From assembly GCA_043228905.1 (NCBI GenBank), contig JBHGNT010000002.1, forward strand, positions 16,678,001 through 16,742,000: DNA of 64,000 bases, written 5' to 3'. Positions within the stretch are counted from its first letter, which is position 1, and each line of letters begins with the position of its first letter. Below are positions 37,049-50,902 of the stretch, in pieces. The stretch comes from Azolla caroliniana (taxonomy: Eukaryota > Plantae > Polypodiophyta). The notes beneath the pieces were generated by a model that was not told where the DNA came from, did no database searches, and worked only from the letters and a program-made list of their open reading frames with translations. The position numbers and the translations under genes were made by a program.

Positions 37049-40000
37049 ATAAATAATCATGTAAATAAAGATATTCCTTGTACAATCTCATCTAATGGTG
37101 CTACTTTTATACTAAAAGTAAATAATAATAAAATACAAAATGCTTTCGAGTACTTTAAGTGTTCTGGATTAATAGAGGATGACGAAGAAATTCAAGATAT
37201 GTTTGAAGAATTAAGTTTTGAAGATACAATAACTCATTTGGAAGCAATGGAAGAAGACAACGAAATCCAAGTTCCTATCCATTCAATCAAGATGTACGAG
37301 GTCATTGAAGAAGCTGCTCGAAAGGATCATGAAGCACATGTACTAACAAAATACAAGACAGTGGAGAAAGTGGAGAAGAAGGTTCGTCCTATTGCTGCTC
37401 CACTTCCAGGGGATAGTGAAAAGGAAATCAAAGAAGCAGCCACAGAGACAATGATCAGAGACCCACGAAAGGTAGGACATGTGTTTACTCCGGAAACAAT
37501 ACAAGGGATGAAAATAGGAGGGGGTGACTTCCTATTGCCCGCTGAAGAAAAGCAGTTCAGGGAGATGTTAAAAAGGCATGGAAAGGCGTTCGCATTCCAA
37601 CCGGAGGAAATAGGGTGTGTGGATCCAGAAATTGTGGAGCCCATGGTTATATTCACTATCCCTCATATTCCATGGAACTTTAAGCCAATACCCATGCCTA
37701 TGGCTAGAATCCCTCAACTATTAGAACTTTTGAAAGAAAAGATAAGGATGGGTATCTTGGAACCATCGAACGCTCCTTACTCGAGTTGATGGTTCACTGT
37801 GTTAAAGAAAGATGGGCGACTCCGATTTATCCAAGATATGCAACCCGTGAATAAGGTAACAATCCGAAACTCGAGAGTAGGGCCAATTATGGATGAGTTT
37901 GCTGAGATGTTTGCAGGAAGAGCTATATATTCAATGGGAGACCTTTATTCCGGGTATGATCAATTTCAACTTGCTATCAAAAGTCGAGATATAACTTCTA
38001 TCAAGACACCTATAGGGTTAGTACGGATGTGCTCCTTGCCGCAAGGAGCAACCAACTCAGTGGCGCATATGATGAATGGAATGAACAAGGTACTTCGTGA
38101 TTTTATTCCTCATATCACAATGCCTTTTCTAGATGATGTTCCAATTAAGGGATGCAAGGAGGAAGAGAAGAACGAGGAATTGGACGAAAGTGGTTGCCGT
38201 CAATTTGTTGTTGATCATATCAAGGATTGTGAGAAGGTGCTATCAAGGATGGAAGAAGTGCATTTGACCTTATTAGGGGTGAAGCCAATATTTGGGGCAA
38301 AAGAGATATTAATAGTTGGTCATATCTGTGGCCCATACGGGAGAAAGCCATCCCCAACCAAGGTCAATGCAATTCAAAATATGCAAGAGGAATGTACATC
38401 CGTCTCAAAAGTACGAAGGTTTCTGGGGGTATGTGTTTTTTACTCTAAATGGATTCCGCATTATGCCCATTTATCTGAACCTTTATATAGACTCCTAAGA
38501 AAAGGAGAGATATTTTAATGGAGTGAAGAGCATTCACAGGCAATGAAGAAATTGAAGTACTACTTAGCACAAGCTCCACCATTAAAGCAACCTGCCTACA
38601 CCCGACCCATATATCTCACAGTAGACTCTAGTCCCATTGGAATTGGATGGGTGATAAGCCAACAAGATGGGGAAGAAAGGTATCCAGTCCGATTCGGAGC
38701 AAAGGTTCTTAGTGGTCGACAAAGAAAATATGCACAGGTGAAAAGAGAGCTATGGGGGATAGTAACAGCAGTAAAGACAGACAGAGATTACTTAATTGGT
38801 GTTGAAGTAATAATAGAAACAGATTGTTTGCCTATTCTTGGTATCATAGCTAATTGTGATATTCCAGATCAAGCCATGTTAAGATGGTGTATCTATATTA
38901 GATCAGTCAACCGTGAAGTTCGACATATCTCTGGGAATAGAAATGCAGTAGCAGATATGTTATCAAGAGCGAGGTATGAGGAAGAGGAGATTCCAGACTC
39001 GGACGATGAGGACAAAGAACAAACAGTCCTTACCACAAGCATTACTCGGGAAGGAGGAATGCAGTTTCTAGAAGAGGAGTATGAAGAAGAATTCACGGAA
39101 ATAGGGAAATACCTACAAACCCCTGACAAGTACAAAGGTCGATCTGGAAAAGAGTTCGCACAGTTTTGCAAGAAAGCCCATAAGTTCTTCCTGCATGAAG
39201 GATATCTATGGCGACATCCGAAAACCAAGACTGGAAACCCGCAAAGAGTAATAGGTTCTGAAGGGCAAAGAAAGGAGATAATCAGAGAGCTGCATGACAA
39301 AGAATGGGCTAGTCATCGAGGAGTGTGGGCCACTTTCAGTAAGATTAAAGAACGATTTTGGTGGCCTCGATACTATGAGCAAATAAAAAAGTATGTGGAA
39401 ACTTGTCCCACTTGTCAATATTATTCAAACGTAAAATTTTGTGATGAATTACACCCAACATACTCACCGAGGGTGCATTACAAGTGGATGATAGATTTGG
39501 TAACAATGCCACTTGGAGTAGGACAAAAGAGATACTTGGTTCTTGCTAGAGAAGATCTAACAAATCAAGTGGAAGGTCGTTCATTGCGAACAAAAGGGAC
39601 ATTAGGAGTATGTCAATTCATCTTGGAGGACATTGTTTGTAGATATGGATGTATCGGGAAGATAGTGGTAGATAGGGGAGAACTCAATTTTGCGGAAGCT
39701 CAAAATTTTTTCGACAAAATAGGAATTCAACTTTCTTTGACAACGGCGTACAATCCAGAAGCTAATGGAAAGGTAGAAAGGGGACATGGGCCAATAGTCA
39801 AAGCTTTGGCAAAGGCATGTAGAGGACAAGTTAGTGATTGGCCAAAAACCTTACCCTATGCACTATGGGCTGATAGGACAACTCATAGCACTGTTACTGG
39901 ATATATGCCTACAGAATTAATCACAGGACAGAAGCCAATAATGCCAATTGAAGAAAAGATAACTACATGGGTTGTGTTGCCTTGGGAATCAGAAATGAGT

Positions 40001-40438
40001 AGGGAAGATTTACTTGCGGTTCGAATACGACAACTTCAATCAAGGACAGAAGACATAAAAAAAGCAACTACTAGATTGAAAGAGGCAAGAATCAAGAATA
40101 AGGACAGATTTGACAAGACGAAAAGAATACGACCAAGAAAGGTGCAAGAGGGAGATTGGGTATTAGTATATGATAGTAGCCTAGATAATCAATACAGTAC
40201 TATTCGGAAGTTTGCAAAAAGATGGTTTGGACCTTATGAAGTTAGGAAAATAACAGATAAAGCCACATATTTCCTCAATGAATTAGATGGGACAGAAACT
40301 CGTATCCCAATTGCAGGAAAAAGGATTAAAATGTTTAAAAGGAGGGAGTCATTAGAGCCCGAATTTTGTGAAGAAGTAGAAGTGTTGGATAAACTCTGCA
40401 CAACCAATGTGCAAGTTCAGAGGGGGTGGGTGTCGTGA
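36992..40438 (+). pseudogene. Pol (RT-RNase H-integrase) of element C, two in-frame stops
   Basis: ORFs 37199-37789, 37799-38518 and 38543-40438 share one frame. Motifs PFLDD, VDSSPIG, H-H-C-C and DDE. Confidence 0.92.
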
Positions 40439-41381
40439 AGAATGTGCTTCACGATATAAAAATGAGCTTAAATATTGTATTTAATAATATTTGAGAGACT
40501 TAAACCCACATCCTTATATACGAAGTACAATGTACATACCACTAGGCTAGGCTATTTACTTGTAAAAGTGTGTAATAAATGTGCTTCATGATATAAGAAT
40601 GAAGCTATATATTGTATTAAGTAAAATTGAGAGAGAGACTTGAACTCTCAACCTTGTATGCCAAACACAAAGTATACACCACTAAGCTAGGTTAGTTATT
40701 TTAGAATGCATTTTCATCATTATACTTATCCCATATCTATTTTCATACATGGGAGCTCAAGTGAGCATGATGGCTACCATGCATCACGTGCAATACATGT
40801 GCGCCAAATGGCGATCATGCATTACATGTAACTCATGCATTGCATGCATGCCATGCTCCCATACATTACCATATGCATGGCAACACTTATATAAAGAGGG
40901 GCAAGGAAAACAAGAGAGAATCAAGAGAGAGTGAGAAAATAATACACTCAAGTAAAGAAGACTAGCTCATTGGGTGGAGAACCTCTCGTTTTGAAGTTGA
41001 GGTCGTGGGTTCAAATCAAGGGTCGATAGAGAATGTGTTCACTTTGCGATCAAGGATTGTAAAGTTGGTAAAATATTATACTTTTAATATACATTGAATG
41101 TTTATATCATATACTCTTGTTCCTTGAATCATACTTTGTCTCAATCTTCTTTCTAGAATCATACTTTGTCTCAATCTTCTTTCTTGAATCATACATTGTC
41201 TCTATCTTTTATCTATGCTCGTCTCTCTCTCTCACACACACACATTACTCGTAACTCTTCTTCTTACTATCCTTAACCATTCTATCATCACCATACAAGC
41301 CTTATTAAAAGTTAAGTTTCTTCAACTCCCCTTAACCTTAGTCCCCGCGACTTCGCCGCACGAACCACAACTACCCCGACA
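40431..41381 (+). repeat. 3' LTR of element C
   Basis: Direct repeat of 33878-34842. Confidence 0.96.
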
Positions 41382-41384
41382 GCG

Positions 41385-41831
41385 TGTTGAGAGATCAAGC
41401 TCAACTTAGTTTAGTTAGTTAGTTAACCTTGTAACTTCGTAGTTACCTAGATAGAATCTAGTTAGAAGTGTTGACTATAACGCCTTAAATAGGACTTTGT
41501 ACTTAAGTGGGATATTCTAGATCCTCCACTCCTAAGTACATTTAATATAGGACTTGCACTTTTGTACCTATATTATCTTCACACATGTGCACCCTTGCAC
41601 ATGAGATGTCTATATACCTCATTGTAGGTATTTTTGTAATGGATGATGATGTTGCTAATTTAATATAGAGTTTATCATCCCCCATCTTGTGTTGTTCATA
41701 AGTGTAACTTCCTCTCTCTCTCTCTTCCTCTCACACACATACACACTCATATCACATAATCTTCCGCTTAACTTAATCACATAATTAGGTACTAATTAAC
41801 CCATACTTAATTACTTACCTAATTCTTAACA
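41385..41831 (+). repeat. 3' LTR of Copia III
   Basis: TGTTGAGAG...TTAACA; the last ~95 bp match 30540-30636. Confidence 0.85.
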
Positions 41832-42905
41832 AGCGGCAAAAGCTAGATCCCAAGTTAGAGAAGTGTATCCTCATAGGATACTACTCATTAGGGCAAAACG
41901 GGTACAAATGCTTCAACCCCTCTTCTTGGAAGTTTCGTGTAAGTCGAGACGTCATCTTTGACAAATCGGCATCATGGTACAAAGCTCAGCCGACTCCTCC
42001 TGAATCATTTCCAGTCGACCCGAACTTGGTCAACCAAAAGATAGAAGACAAAGATCAATTGAAGCATATGTTCGAAGAAATTCCGATCATGGCCAGGCTC
42101 AATGGGCCACAAGATCCCCAGAGCGACCAAAGCACATCTTGGCCAAGTCTGAAGATGGACAAAGGCAAGGCCAAAAGGCCAAAATATGAAGACGATCAAT
42201 TCGACAACAACGAATCGACTCACTCACTCAACAATGAGTTTGGTGGCTTCGATGTACCCATCATGAGGTTATCCGTAGTTAAGAAAGCACTCAAATTGGC
42301 AAATGAAAAACTCTGACGCTCCACCCAAGAAAAGCATCTGGTTAGAAGATTCGGCCACAGTGACTATGTGGCATACCACTATGCCTTTATGATGAAGGTG
42401 GCAGTAGTTCGAGAACTGGAAAGTTTTTCTGAAGCAACCAAGGATCCCCAATGGGTCAAAGAAATGAACGAGGAGATGCATGCACTATGCAAGAACAAGA
42501 CATGGGATTTCGTTCCCCACTCACATCAGAAGCATGCAATCGGTTGCAGATGGATATACAAAGTGAAGTATAATGCCTAAGGCTCCATCAACCACTACAA
42601 AGCTCGACTTGTAGCAAAAGGCTACACACAAACACATGGAGTCAACTATGGAGGGACCTTTCCCCCGGTGGCAAAGATGACGATTGTGCGGACCATGATT
42701 GCACTTGCAGTAGTGAAAGGGTGGCACCTCCACTAGATGGACGTCAAGAACACCTTTCTTTAAGGTGAATTAGAAGAGGTGTACGTGGTACAAGCACCCG
42801 GCTTCAAATCCAACAACCGTCCAAAAGCAATCTGCCAACTCAAGAAGCCATTGTATTGCCTTAAGCAAGCATTGCGTGCTTGGCATTAGAAGATAACACA
42901 ATATC
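41832..42905 (+). mobile_element. Ty1/Copia element IV remnant: integrase C-terminus, linker and RT N-half
   Basis: Motifs [37 protein letters not shown] and LKKPLY.LKQA. Confidence 0.85.
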
Positions 42906-44555
42906 TGTTGAGCTGACAAGCTCAACCGGATCCAAATGCGGATCGGCTGAATAACCGGAACGAAGAACCGGATCAGTGTCTGGGTGCTATCCGGAACCAG
43001 GAGCCAGATCGGACTATAACCGGTACGCCATTAGAGGCCTACGAATCTAGCCTAGTACGTAGGCATAGTTTTAGGAGTCGGTGTCAATCTCTCATATGAG
43101 CATTGAAGTACTTGTCAATACTTCTGTTAGTCCTTTTTAAGAACTTGTATAAAAGTGTTGACTGAGCACATTGTATATACAAAGGGTTATTATTTTGAAT
43201 TTAGTTCATGTTATTCTGCTCTCTTTGTTTCTCCCACTCTTTGTCTGTGTTTTGTAAGGTTTCCATTAAACTTGTGTCTTTATTCTTTGTTGCTATCCGG
43301 ATGAACCAATTTGTCAAAGCTTCCGCATATTAACTTTTACATGGTTTGAGAGTGCGAGGGTTGAGAACCTCTACTGCCGACAAGTGACCCTCATAGACAA
43401 ACCCTAACACCTAGTAAGGGACAGGAAGGAAGGTATGGACAAAAGCATGGCGAGCTCGCTTCCAACAAAAAAGCTCGACCGGAGCAACTATGAGTCCGAG
43501 TCGTATAAAATGCACCAATACCTATTGGGGCATGGGTACTGGAGCTACATGGAAGGAGCTAATGGAGCAGCGCCGGATTCGGCACACAAGGATTTCCCGG
43601 TATGGGAGCAAGGAGCGAGCTGAGTGTTGTACTGCCTCGTGTCCTCTGTGCACAACCAGATGCTTGGCCACATCAAAGATGCAAAATCACCGAAGGAGTC
43701 CTAGGAAAATCTTCAGAAGATTTTCGCCGCAAGGTCCACAACTCGAAAGTTGCAACTCTGGCAAGAGCTCAATAGTGTCCGGCAACGAGACATGTTAGTC
43801 ACCGACCACACCACCAAGATCAAGGAGATCTGCGACGCGCTCGGGTCCATCAATGTGATGGTGGACGAGTACAAGATGGTACAAATCTGCCCCGAAGGTC
43901 TAGCACACCGGTACAGGCCAATCCAGATGGCAATTTTCACCCGGGAGAAGCCACCCTCCTTCGACATGCAATCGAGGCTCATGGTCGAAGAAAACCATGC
44001 GAGTGGGTCAAGGATCACTCAACCGGATAGCCGGATGTTGTACACAGAGGCAGATCGGCCCCGTGGGCATTGAGGATGAGGTGGGTCGGCACACAATGCG
44101 GGCGATAGTAGTTCCGGACCCTCCACGAGCAGGGGGAGTCAAAGCGGCACTGGAAACTAACAATCAAAGACTGAAACAGAATGTTGGTATTGTGGTAAGA
44201 AGGTTCACCGAGAGTACGAGTGCTAGAAGAAGCGCTCCGATTTGGATAGATCCGGATCTGGAAAGGCCGGACAAGGGAATCGACAAAGCTCACACTACGC
44301 TGAGGGATCAGAAGTATTTGGAACCGGTAAGACCGGAAAAGGGCCAGCCTTTGTGATGAAACACAAGGCAAATTCGATTAAGAAGACCGCAACGGATCAG
44401 AGGAAGTGTGGTACATTGACTCCGCAATGTCTAACCACATGATGAGCACAAAGAGCGGTTCTCGTTTCTGGAGAAGCCGAAGCAACAGGGAGTTGTCGAG
44501 ACCGGAGACGATACTCGTCACCCTATTGTGCATGTCGGAGAAGTTCCTGAGTCAT
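42906..44555 (+). mobile_element. Ty1/Copia element V: 5' LTR, gag and start of protease
   Basis: LTR 42906-43341 (TGTTGAG...TTTACA). Degenerate iMet PBS at 43342. Gag SSLPTKKLDRSNY, zinc knuckle CWYCGKK and WYIDS motif. Confidence 0.85.
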
Positions 44556-47500
44556 GTCACACTCCGTGATCCTCGGGAAACCCTTTATCACGGCTTCACA
44601 GATGGAGACAAAGGTGCTCGATAGCGTAGTGGCTTTTGCATGAATTGGAGCCAAAGTGGGGGGAAAACCGTCCAATTCCTAACCGTGCCATCAAATCACG
44701 AAAGGAACAAGAGAGAGCACGTGTCCCAAACAAAAATGGATTTTTAAAGCGGACTATTGCGGAGTGGGGATGTAATAGTCTGAGAAGCCCTGATACTCCA
44801 CACAAGAAGAAAACCCTCGGAGCAAAACAAGTATAAATCGGTAGGGATGGGGCATCTATGTACACGGCCATAACCGGAGTAATGAAGGAAGAATTTTGAA
44901 AGGTGCAAGATGAGTTATGGTCTGCATCAATAATAAAAGAAGACGAAGAAATCGTGGGAGCAGTTGAAGAAGTGTTCTATGGGAGCATGCTACAATGGCT
45001 TGAAGAGCTTGGAGAAGAGAAAAGCCAGGGAGACCGGGTAGTTCCAGTGGAATTGGTCGAGATGTACGAGATCATTGTGAAAATAAGGCCGGATGCGCTC
45101 CGCAAAGAAGAAGAAATGATATGTACGAAATATAAGACCGTGGAAAAGAAAGTGAAACCGGTCGCGGGACCGCTACCCGCTGATAGCGAACAAAAGAGGA
45201 AAGAAGTCTCAGGAGATCCGACACTTTGGAAGTCCGTGGATATCGGACATGCCTTCACGGATGAGACCCGGGAAAAACTTCGGATTGGTGGAGGCGGTTT
45301 CCTCTCACAAAATGAAGAAGAACGGTTTCGTGAGATGTTGGAGCAGCATGGAAGAGCATTTGCATTCACATCGAGAGAGATAGGGTGCGTTGATCCGAAG
45401 ATAGTTGAGCCAATGGTGATCTTCACAATTGATCATGTACCGTGGAACCTGAAGCCGATTCCGGTGCCACGGGCGCATATTCCGAAAATCATTGACTTGC
45501 TCAAGGAGAAGGTGGCGATGGGGATTCTAGAGCCATCAAACGCTCCGTACTCAAATCAATGGTTTACGGTTCCGAAGAAGAATGGGTCACTCCGGTTTAT
45601 TCAAGATTTGCAACCGGTGAACAAGGTCACAATCCGGAACTCCAGAGTCGGTCCAATAGTGGACGAATTTGCCAAAACGTTTGCCGGTCACGCGATATAC
45701 TCCATCAAAGACCTATACTCCGGGTATGATCAATTCCAACTAGTCGTGGAGAGTTGAGACATCACTACCATGTGGACACCAATAGGATTAGTCCGGATGT
45801 GCACGCGACCACAAGGCACAACGAACTCCGTCGCACATATGATGAATGCGATGAACAAGGTGCTCCGGGATTGCATTATGGAGATAACAATGTTGTTCCT
45901 AGATGACATTCCGATAAAAGGATGTGCGGTGGAAGAAAAAGATGAGACTATGGATGATCGGAGATGCCGAAAGTTCATAGTCGACCATATTTGCGATTGC
46001 GAGAAAGTGTTACGGAAGTTAGAAGATGTGCACCTAACACTCTCCGGAGAGAAATCGGCATTCAGGCAAGAAGAGATATTGTTAATCGGACATCAATGTG
46101 GGCCCTACGGTCGAAGACCATCACCAATCAAGATTGATGCGATTCAAGCTATGAAAGAAATATGCGAGTCACAATCCGAAGTCCGTAGGTTTCTTGGGGC
46201 ATGTGCATTTTATCACATATGGATTCCGCATTATGCACACATTGCGGACCCACTCTATCACTTGTTGTGGAAGGGAAAAAAGTTTGAATGGAAACCAGAA
46301 CATACCAAATCCGTGAAGAAGCTCAAGAAATCAATGCAGAGGGCAGAAGCACTTAAGAAGTTGAACTATGACCGACCGATTATAGTAACAGTTGATACAA
46401 GTCCAACCGGGATCGGATGGGCCATCAATCGAGCCGATTCGGATGGTTCACGATATCCGATCTGATTCGGAGTAAAGGTTCTCAATGAAAGGCAGCGCGG
46501 ATATGCACAAGTTAAAAGAGAATTATGGGGAGTCGTGTTGGTGATAAAATCAGATCGAGATTACCTAATCGGAGCCGAAGTAGTGATCGAAACGGATTGT
46601 CTTCCGATACCCAGGATGATGCGGTGTTGCACAATACCAGATGTGGCTATGCTAAGATGGATTGCATATGTAAAGTCACTTAATCTGGAGATACGACACA
46701 TCTTCGGAAAAGACAACGCGGTAGTGGATATGCTATCAAGGGCACGGTTCCGAGACGACATAGCTGAATCCGATAATGAAGAAGTTTCTAAAAACTACTT
46801 TACTTCAGAGCACATATGCCGGGTGAACGTAATCCGAGAATTCCGGGAAGAAAAACACGTGGGAGAAAGCTTGCTGATTAGGAAAGTGCTACAAGAAATC
46901 AAGGAATCATTGGACAATAAAGAAAAGAGAGTCGAGATCCGAAGTAAGAAGCGACAAGTCTAGAAGTTTTTCTTGAACAACAGATTAATCTGGATGGAGC
47001 CGAAAAGATCGGATGGCATACCACTACGAGTAGTTGGAACAAAAGAGCAACGAAACCGGATAAAGTCCGAATTTCATGAATCCAATTGGGCTGGACATCA
47101 GGGAACATGGGCAACATTTGCGAAGATCAAACAAAACTATTGGTGGAAGAATATGTACAAAGATGTAGCGGAGTTCACGGAAAGCTGCGAGAAATGTCAA
47201 ATTTACTCCAGAGTTCGACACCGAGATGAATTGCATCCGACATTCGCACCGATAATCAACTTCAAATGGATGGTCGACATTGTGGCCATGCCAACCAGGA
47301 TTGGACAAAAGAAGTACTTGGTGTTAGCCCGGGAAGATCTGACAAACCAAGTAGAAGGACGGGCACTACGAAGGAAAACATGTTCTACAATATGCCAATT
47401 TCTCTTGGAAGAAGTGTTCTGCGGGTATGGGTGTGTAGGACAAGTGATTGCGGATCGGGGAGAACTTGACTCTGATAAAGCTAGGGAATTCTTTGTCAGA

Positions 47501-47776
47501 CATGGACTAGGATTAACACTAACCATGGCATACAATCTGGAAGCCAACGGGAAGATCGAACGAGGACATAGTCCAATCATCAAAGCACTTGCAAAAGCAT
47601 GCAACGAAAGGGTGAAGGATTAGCCACAAATGTTTCCATATGCACTATGTGGGGATCCCACGACGCATAGTTCTGTGACCGGTTATATGCCAAACGAACT
47701 TATGACCGGACAAGCACCGGTAATGCCGACGGAAACCGCGATGGCAACATGGACAGTGCTACCGTGGAAGGAAGAA
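44556..47776 (+). mobile_element. Trp-lineage Gypsy element D, internal fragment from end of protease to integrase
   Basis: PVILG.PFITA...QFLTV; GGATTTTTAA at 44738; DLYSGYDQF, FLDDIPIKG and WMVDIV..ADRGE. No LTRs remain. Confidence 0.88.
44738..44801 (+). promoter_or_regulatory. Putative -1 frameshift signal (element D)
   Basis: G GAT TTT TAA; 10-bp stem GGACTATTGC/GTAATAGTCT; loop GTGGGG pairs with CTCCAC at 44796. Confidence 0.72.
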
Positions 47777-48050
47777 AATGAATGAAGAACGGCAATTAAC
47801 ACAGAGAGATAAAAACACTAAGCTTCATTAATTATCCGCTCCTCATTACATTGTATCCGGGCCTTTAAATAGGTTTCTAGTTTGTAGTACAAAACGGTGC
47901 CATCCGCACCTGTTCGGGATCGGTCCGGATCCAAAACGGCATACCGATTCCGGTCCGTCCGTCCACACTAATAGCTTACTTACAACCATTCCTTAATAAT
48001 TAAATAACTCCTTCGTTTCACACTCTGGACTCCTTTGCCGGTCGGTAACA

Positions 48051-50902
48051 CATGGCACGCCCGTGGGACAGTACCTTCTACGTCGAATCCACCATCCGAC
48101 CCTTGCTATTCTTCGTCCAAAATATCCAGAATGCTTTGTTCAAGAGTCTCCAATGGTTCATCTGGAATTGGTTGTTGTTGTTGTTGTTGTGGTTGCTGCT
48201 CCGTTGATGGCTGTTGCGACTGGTCCGTTGGTGGCTGTTGCGGCTGCTCCTCCGTTTGTTGCTCTGACACCAGTGTTTCCGTCGTTGCTCCCTCCGTCGT
48301 AGTGGTCTCCGGTTAACTGGTTCCGGCCTGGCCCTCATCCGGCGACGGTTCCTCATCACTAAGGTTAACCGTTGCCACTTCCCGTGCTTTTTCTTCCCGA
48401 ACCCGGGACCACTCGTAGCTCTCAAACTGGATTTGAGCGTCCAGTCTATCATCGTCTAGCTGAGCTATGAGTTGCCGGACTTGCACCAGTTGTTCATCTG
48501 CCAGGACTTGGAAGTCTTCGGCCAGCTCGTCCCGTATGGCGGTGAAGTCCTCGAAAGTCAACATGTAACAATCATCTCCTTCCTTCCGCCGGTTTTCCAC
48601 GTCTGCCCGTAGCAATTGGAGTTCCGCCATATTTTGTGCCCACTTTGTCCAACATCTTACGGAGCTTTCTTCAATCAAGTGTTTTGTCTGATTCAGCCAT
48701 GCCCGAAGGATGCACTGAATCCGGCCCGTTCCCATCTGCGATTTGATCTCCGCAACTTGTCGTTCCTCCTTCAATTGCTTGATGATTTTGACGTTGTCGT
48801 CTGCCTGCTCCTTGTAATGCGTCAATTGCCCTTGATATGTGCTTTGTAATTTTTGCAATACTGTTGACGCTCTCTCCCTTTCTTCCTACTACTGCCTCTG
48901 GAGCTCCATCCGGACCCTCTCCGCCTCGTCCAACCGTCTTGTATTTTCCGCTCGTTCGTCGGCGAGTGCCGTCGCGGCCCGATCAACTTCCTGCCGGAGC
49001 TCAGCCATCCGTTCCTTATGCTCTGTTTCTAGCCGTTTGTAGTCCCAGTGCAGGTGCTCAAAATCATCTGTCTTTTTCTTGAGCCGTACGTTGATCTGTC
49101 GACAGGCCCGGTCCTCGCGGTCCTTCTGCTGGCAGAGCTCCTCCTTTAGCCGTTCAATTTCCGTTTCCGTCGTCTTCCGCAGCTTGTCCTTTTCCTGCAG
49201 CACTTTGTCTTTTTCCTCCCTTAGCCGGTCGTAAGCTTGATGGCCTTTCCGGAGGCTCTCCTCTGCCCGGCAGAGGTTCTCAGCAGTCTTCTTGAATTCT
49301 GCTTCGGCCGCTGTCTTCAATTCCCGTTCACGGCTCCTTAGCGCTTCTTGTGCGGCAAGTTCATCTCTCAATTCCGCAAGCTCCTGGGCTTGCGCCGCAT
49401 CTCTCTCTGGAACGGTTTCCGTTGCCGGGGTCTTATTAGTATGTACAGGTTGGTCTATTTCTTTATTCTGTACACTTACCGGAGTCACCGGTGATTGGAT
49501 CTTTGTTGCCGTTAAGGCCATTTTGGCCATTTCTGCCGTGACCTGATCCCAGTCTTTTTCAAGGCACCGGGTTCTGGACCGGGCCGTCTCTAGTTGTTCG
49601 GTTGTGACGAGCAACCATTCGCTTTGCGCTCTTTCTTCCGCCTCAATATACCCCACTGCTCCGGCAATCTGTTCTCCTATCCACCGGAGCCACAGGCTAC
49701 CGGTGCATTGATGTTGCGCTTGCACGGAGGTTTGACGGATGGGCTCGCTTGTGGGTGGGTGGTCCCACCTGATTGCGCTGAGTTGCAATTCCGTTTCTGC
49801 CCGTGGACCACCCTGCTGTCCTGGTTCCCCTTGCGCTTCTTCTTGGTTGGCCGAGGGAGGCTGCATTGACCTTTCTGGCTCTAGCGGAATGGGACTTGCC
49901 GGTGCTGCTGGTGGTGCAGGGGCTTCTGATTCCGGTGCCATGCGCACCGGTTCCGGTTCCTCCCTTGGCGTGGGAGTCTCAGTATGGGGAGCCGGTGTTC
50001 CCTCTGTCTGAGGGTCCGAACGTTTCCCGGCTGCCTCAATGGTCCTTGCCGACGACCGTCGCTGGAGGTGCTCCGTAGGCTCCTCCTCTATTTCCTCTTC
50101 CTGAGTCCCAGCATTGAGTTTCGCCGCCAAGGGGTCCGCTTCTCTATTCACCGGTCGACGGAGTGTAATCTTTACGGGCCGTACCGGTGGTTCCTCCTAC
50201 GCATCCGTTGGCCGCTTCCGGCTGGCGCTCTCCTTTCCCCCCTGTTCTGCGTCCGCCGCCTTCCCCTTAGTGGCCTTAGAGGCCAACAACTGTTGTCTTT
50301 TGGAAGCAGTCTTTGGGGTGCCGTCCGCCACTCTTCCCCGCTTCTTGGGCTCGACGGGCTCGATGGGTGGCACAAGCAAGGTGAGCCACTGCGTTACTGC
50401 ATGCCATATCCTCTGTCCATCTCGGCCTTCTCTGCCGTCTTTTCCTCTGACGATCTCGATCGCCGCACACAAACCGTCTGCAATCAATACCGGCCAATCC
50501 ACCTTGATCCCTTCATAGGTGGCGATGATCATCCTTGCCCGGTTCTGCGGCATTGACAGAGGGTCTAGGGTACACATGGCCGTATTCGTGGAGCACACGG
50601 GCAATCTCGCGGAACAGCATATCTCCGCCGCCCTGTGTCCGGTAGCCCTTGCTGGCTAGGGAGTACTCACCAAAATACTTGATGAGTTGCTCCGAGGTCG
50701 GATTGTCGATCGTGAATATGCCTCCCTCCGGAAGGCCTGTTAACGCACGGATCGCCTCCTCCGTTATGACCTCTGTGTCGATTTCTTTGATCACCTTGTC
50801 GGCTTCTTTGTGTGGCGGTGCCTCCATAATCGTCAAGAAGCCCTCGAGCCCGTGTTGCTTTAGCCATTTCTTGGCGGCTTCTGACAGCGTTTGCGGGTCC
50901 AT
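48051..50902 (-). pseudogene. ORF3 of element F, about 930 codons: globular N-terminus, Pro/Glu linker, long coiled coil, polyQ tail
   Basis: Consecutive same-strand ORFs 50513-50902, 50197-50604, 48889-50151 and 48313-48858 are joined by frameshifts and by TAG TAG (likely from CAG CAG) at about 48886. Confidence 0.7.

Larger units (their letters stand above)
33878..41381 (+). mobile_element. Trp-lineage Gypsy element C, full length, AT-rich family, youngest complete copy
   Basis: LTRs 33878-34842 and 40431-41381 (about 14 substitutions and a microsatellite indel by manual count). TSD GCGT on both sides. PBS at 34847-34863; PPT AGAGGGGGTGGG. Confidence 0.96.
30540..41831 (+). mobile_element. 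Ty1/Copia element III: gag, protease and integrase with RT and RNase H deleted; interrupted by element C
   Basis: 5' LTR remnant 30540-30636 matches the end of the 3' LTR (41385-41831). PBS TGGTATCAAAAC at 30637. Gag starts at 30808; motifs WFVDSGASHHM, IHSDVWG, LRSDGGKEY and QNGVAKRKN. Sequence jumps after PRWVE (about 33555) to the 3' tail. PPT at 33866-33876. Confidence 0.85.

Noticed and set aside
48889-50151. Retroviral envelope or SMC/myosin host gene
   Set aside because: No signal peptide, transmembrane segment or ATPase motif, and it lies inside element F between pol and the LTR.
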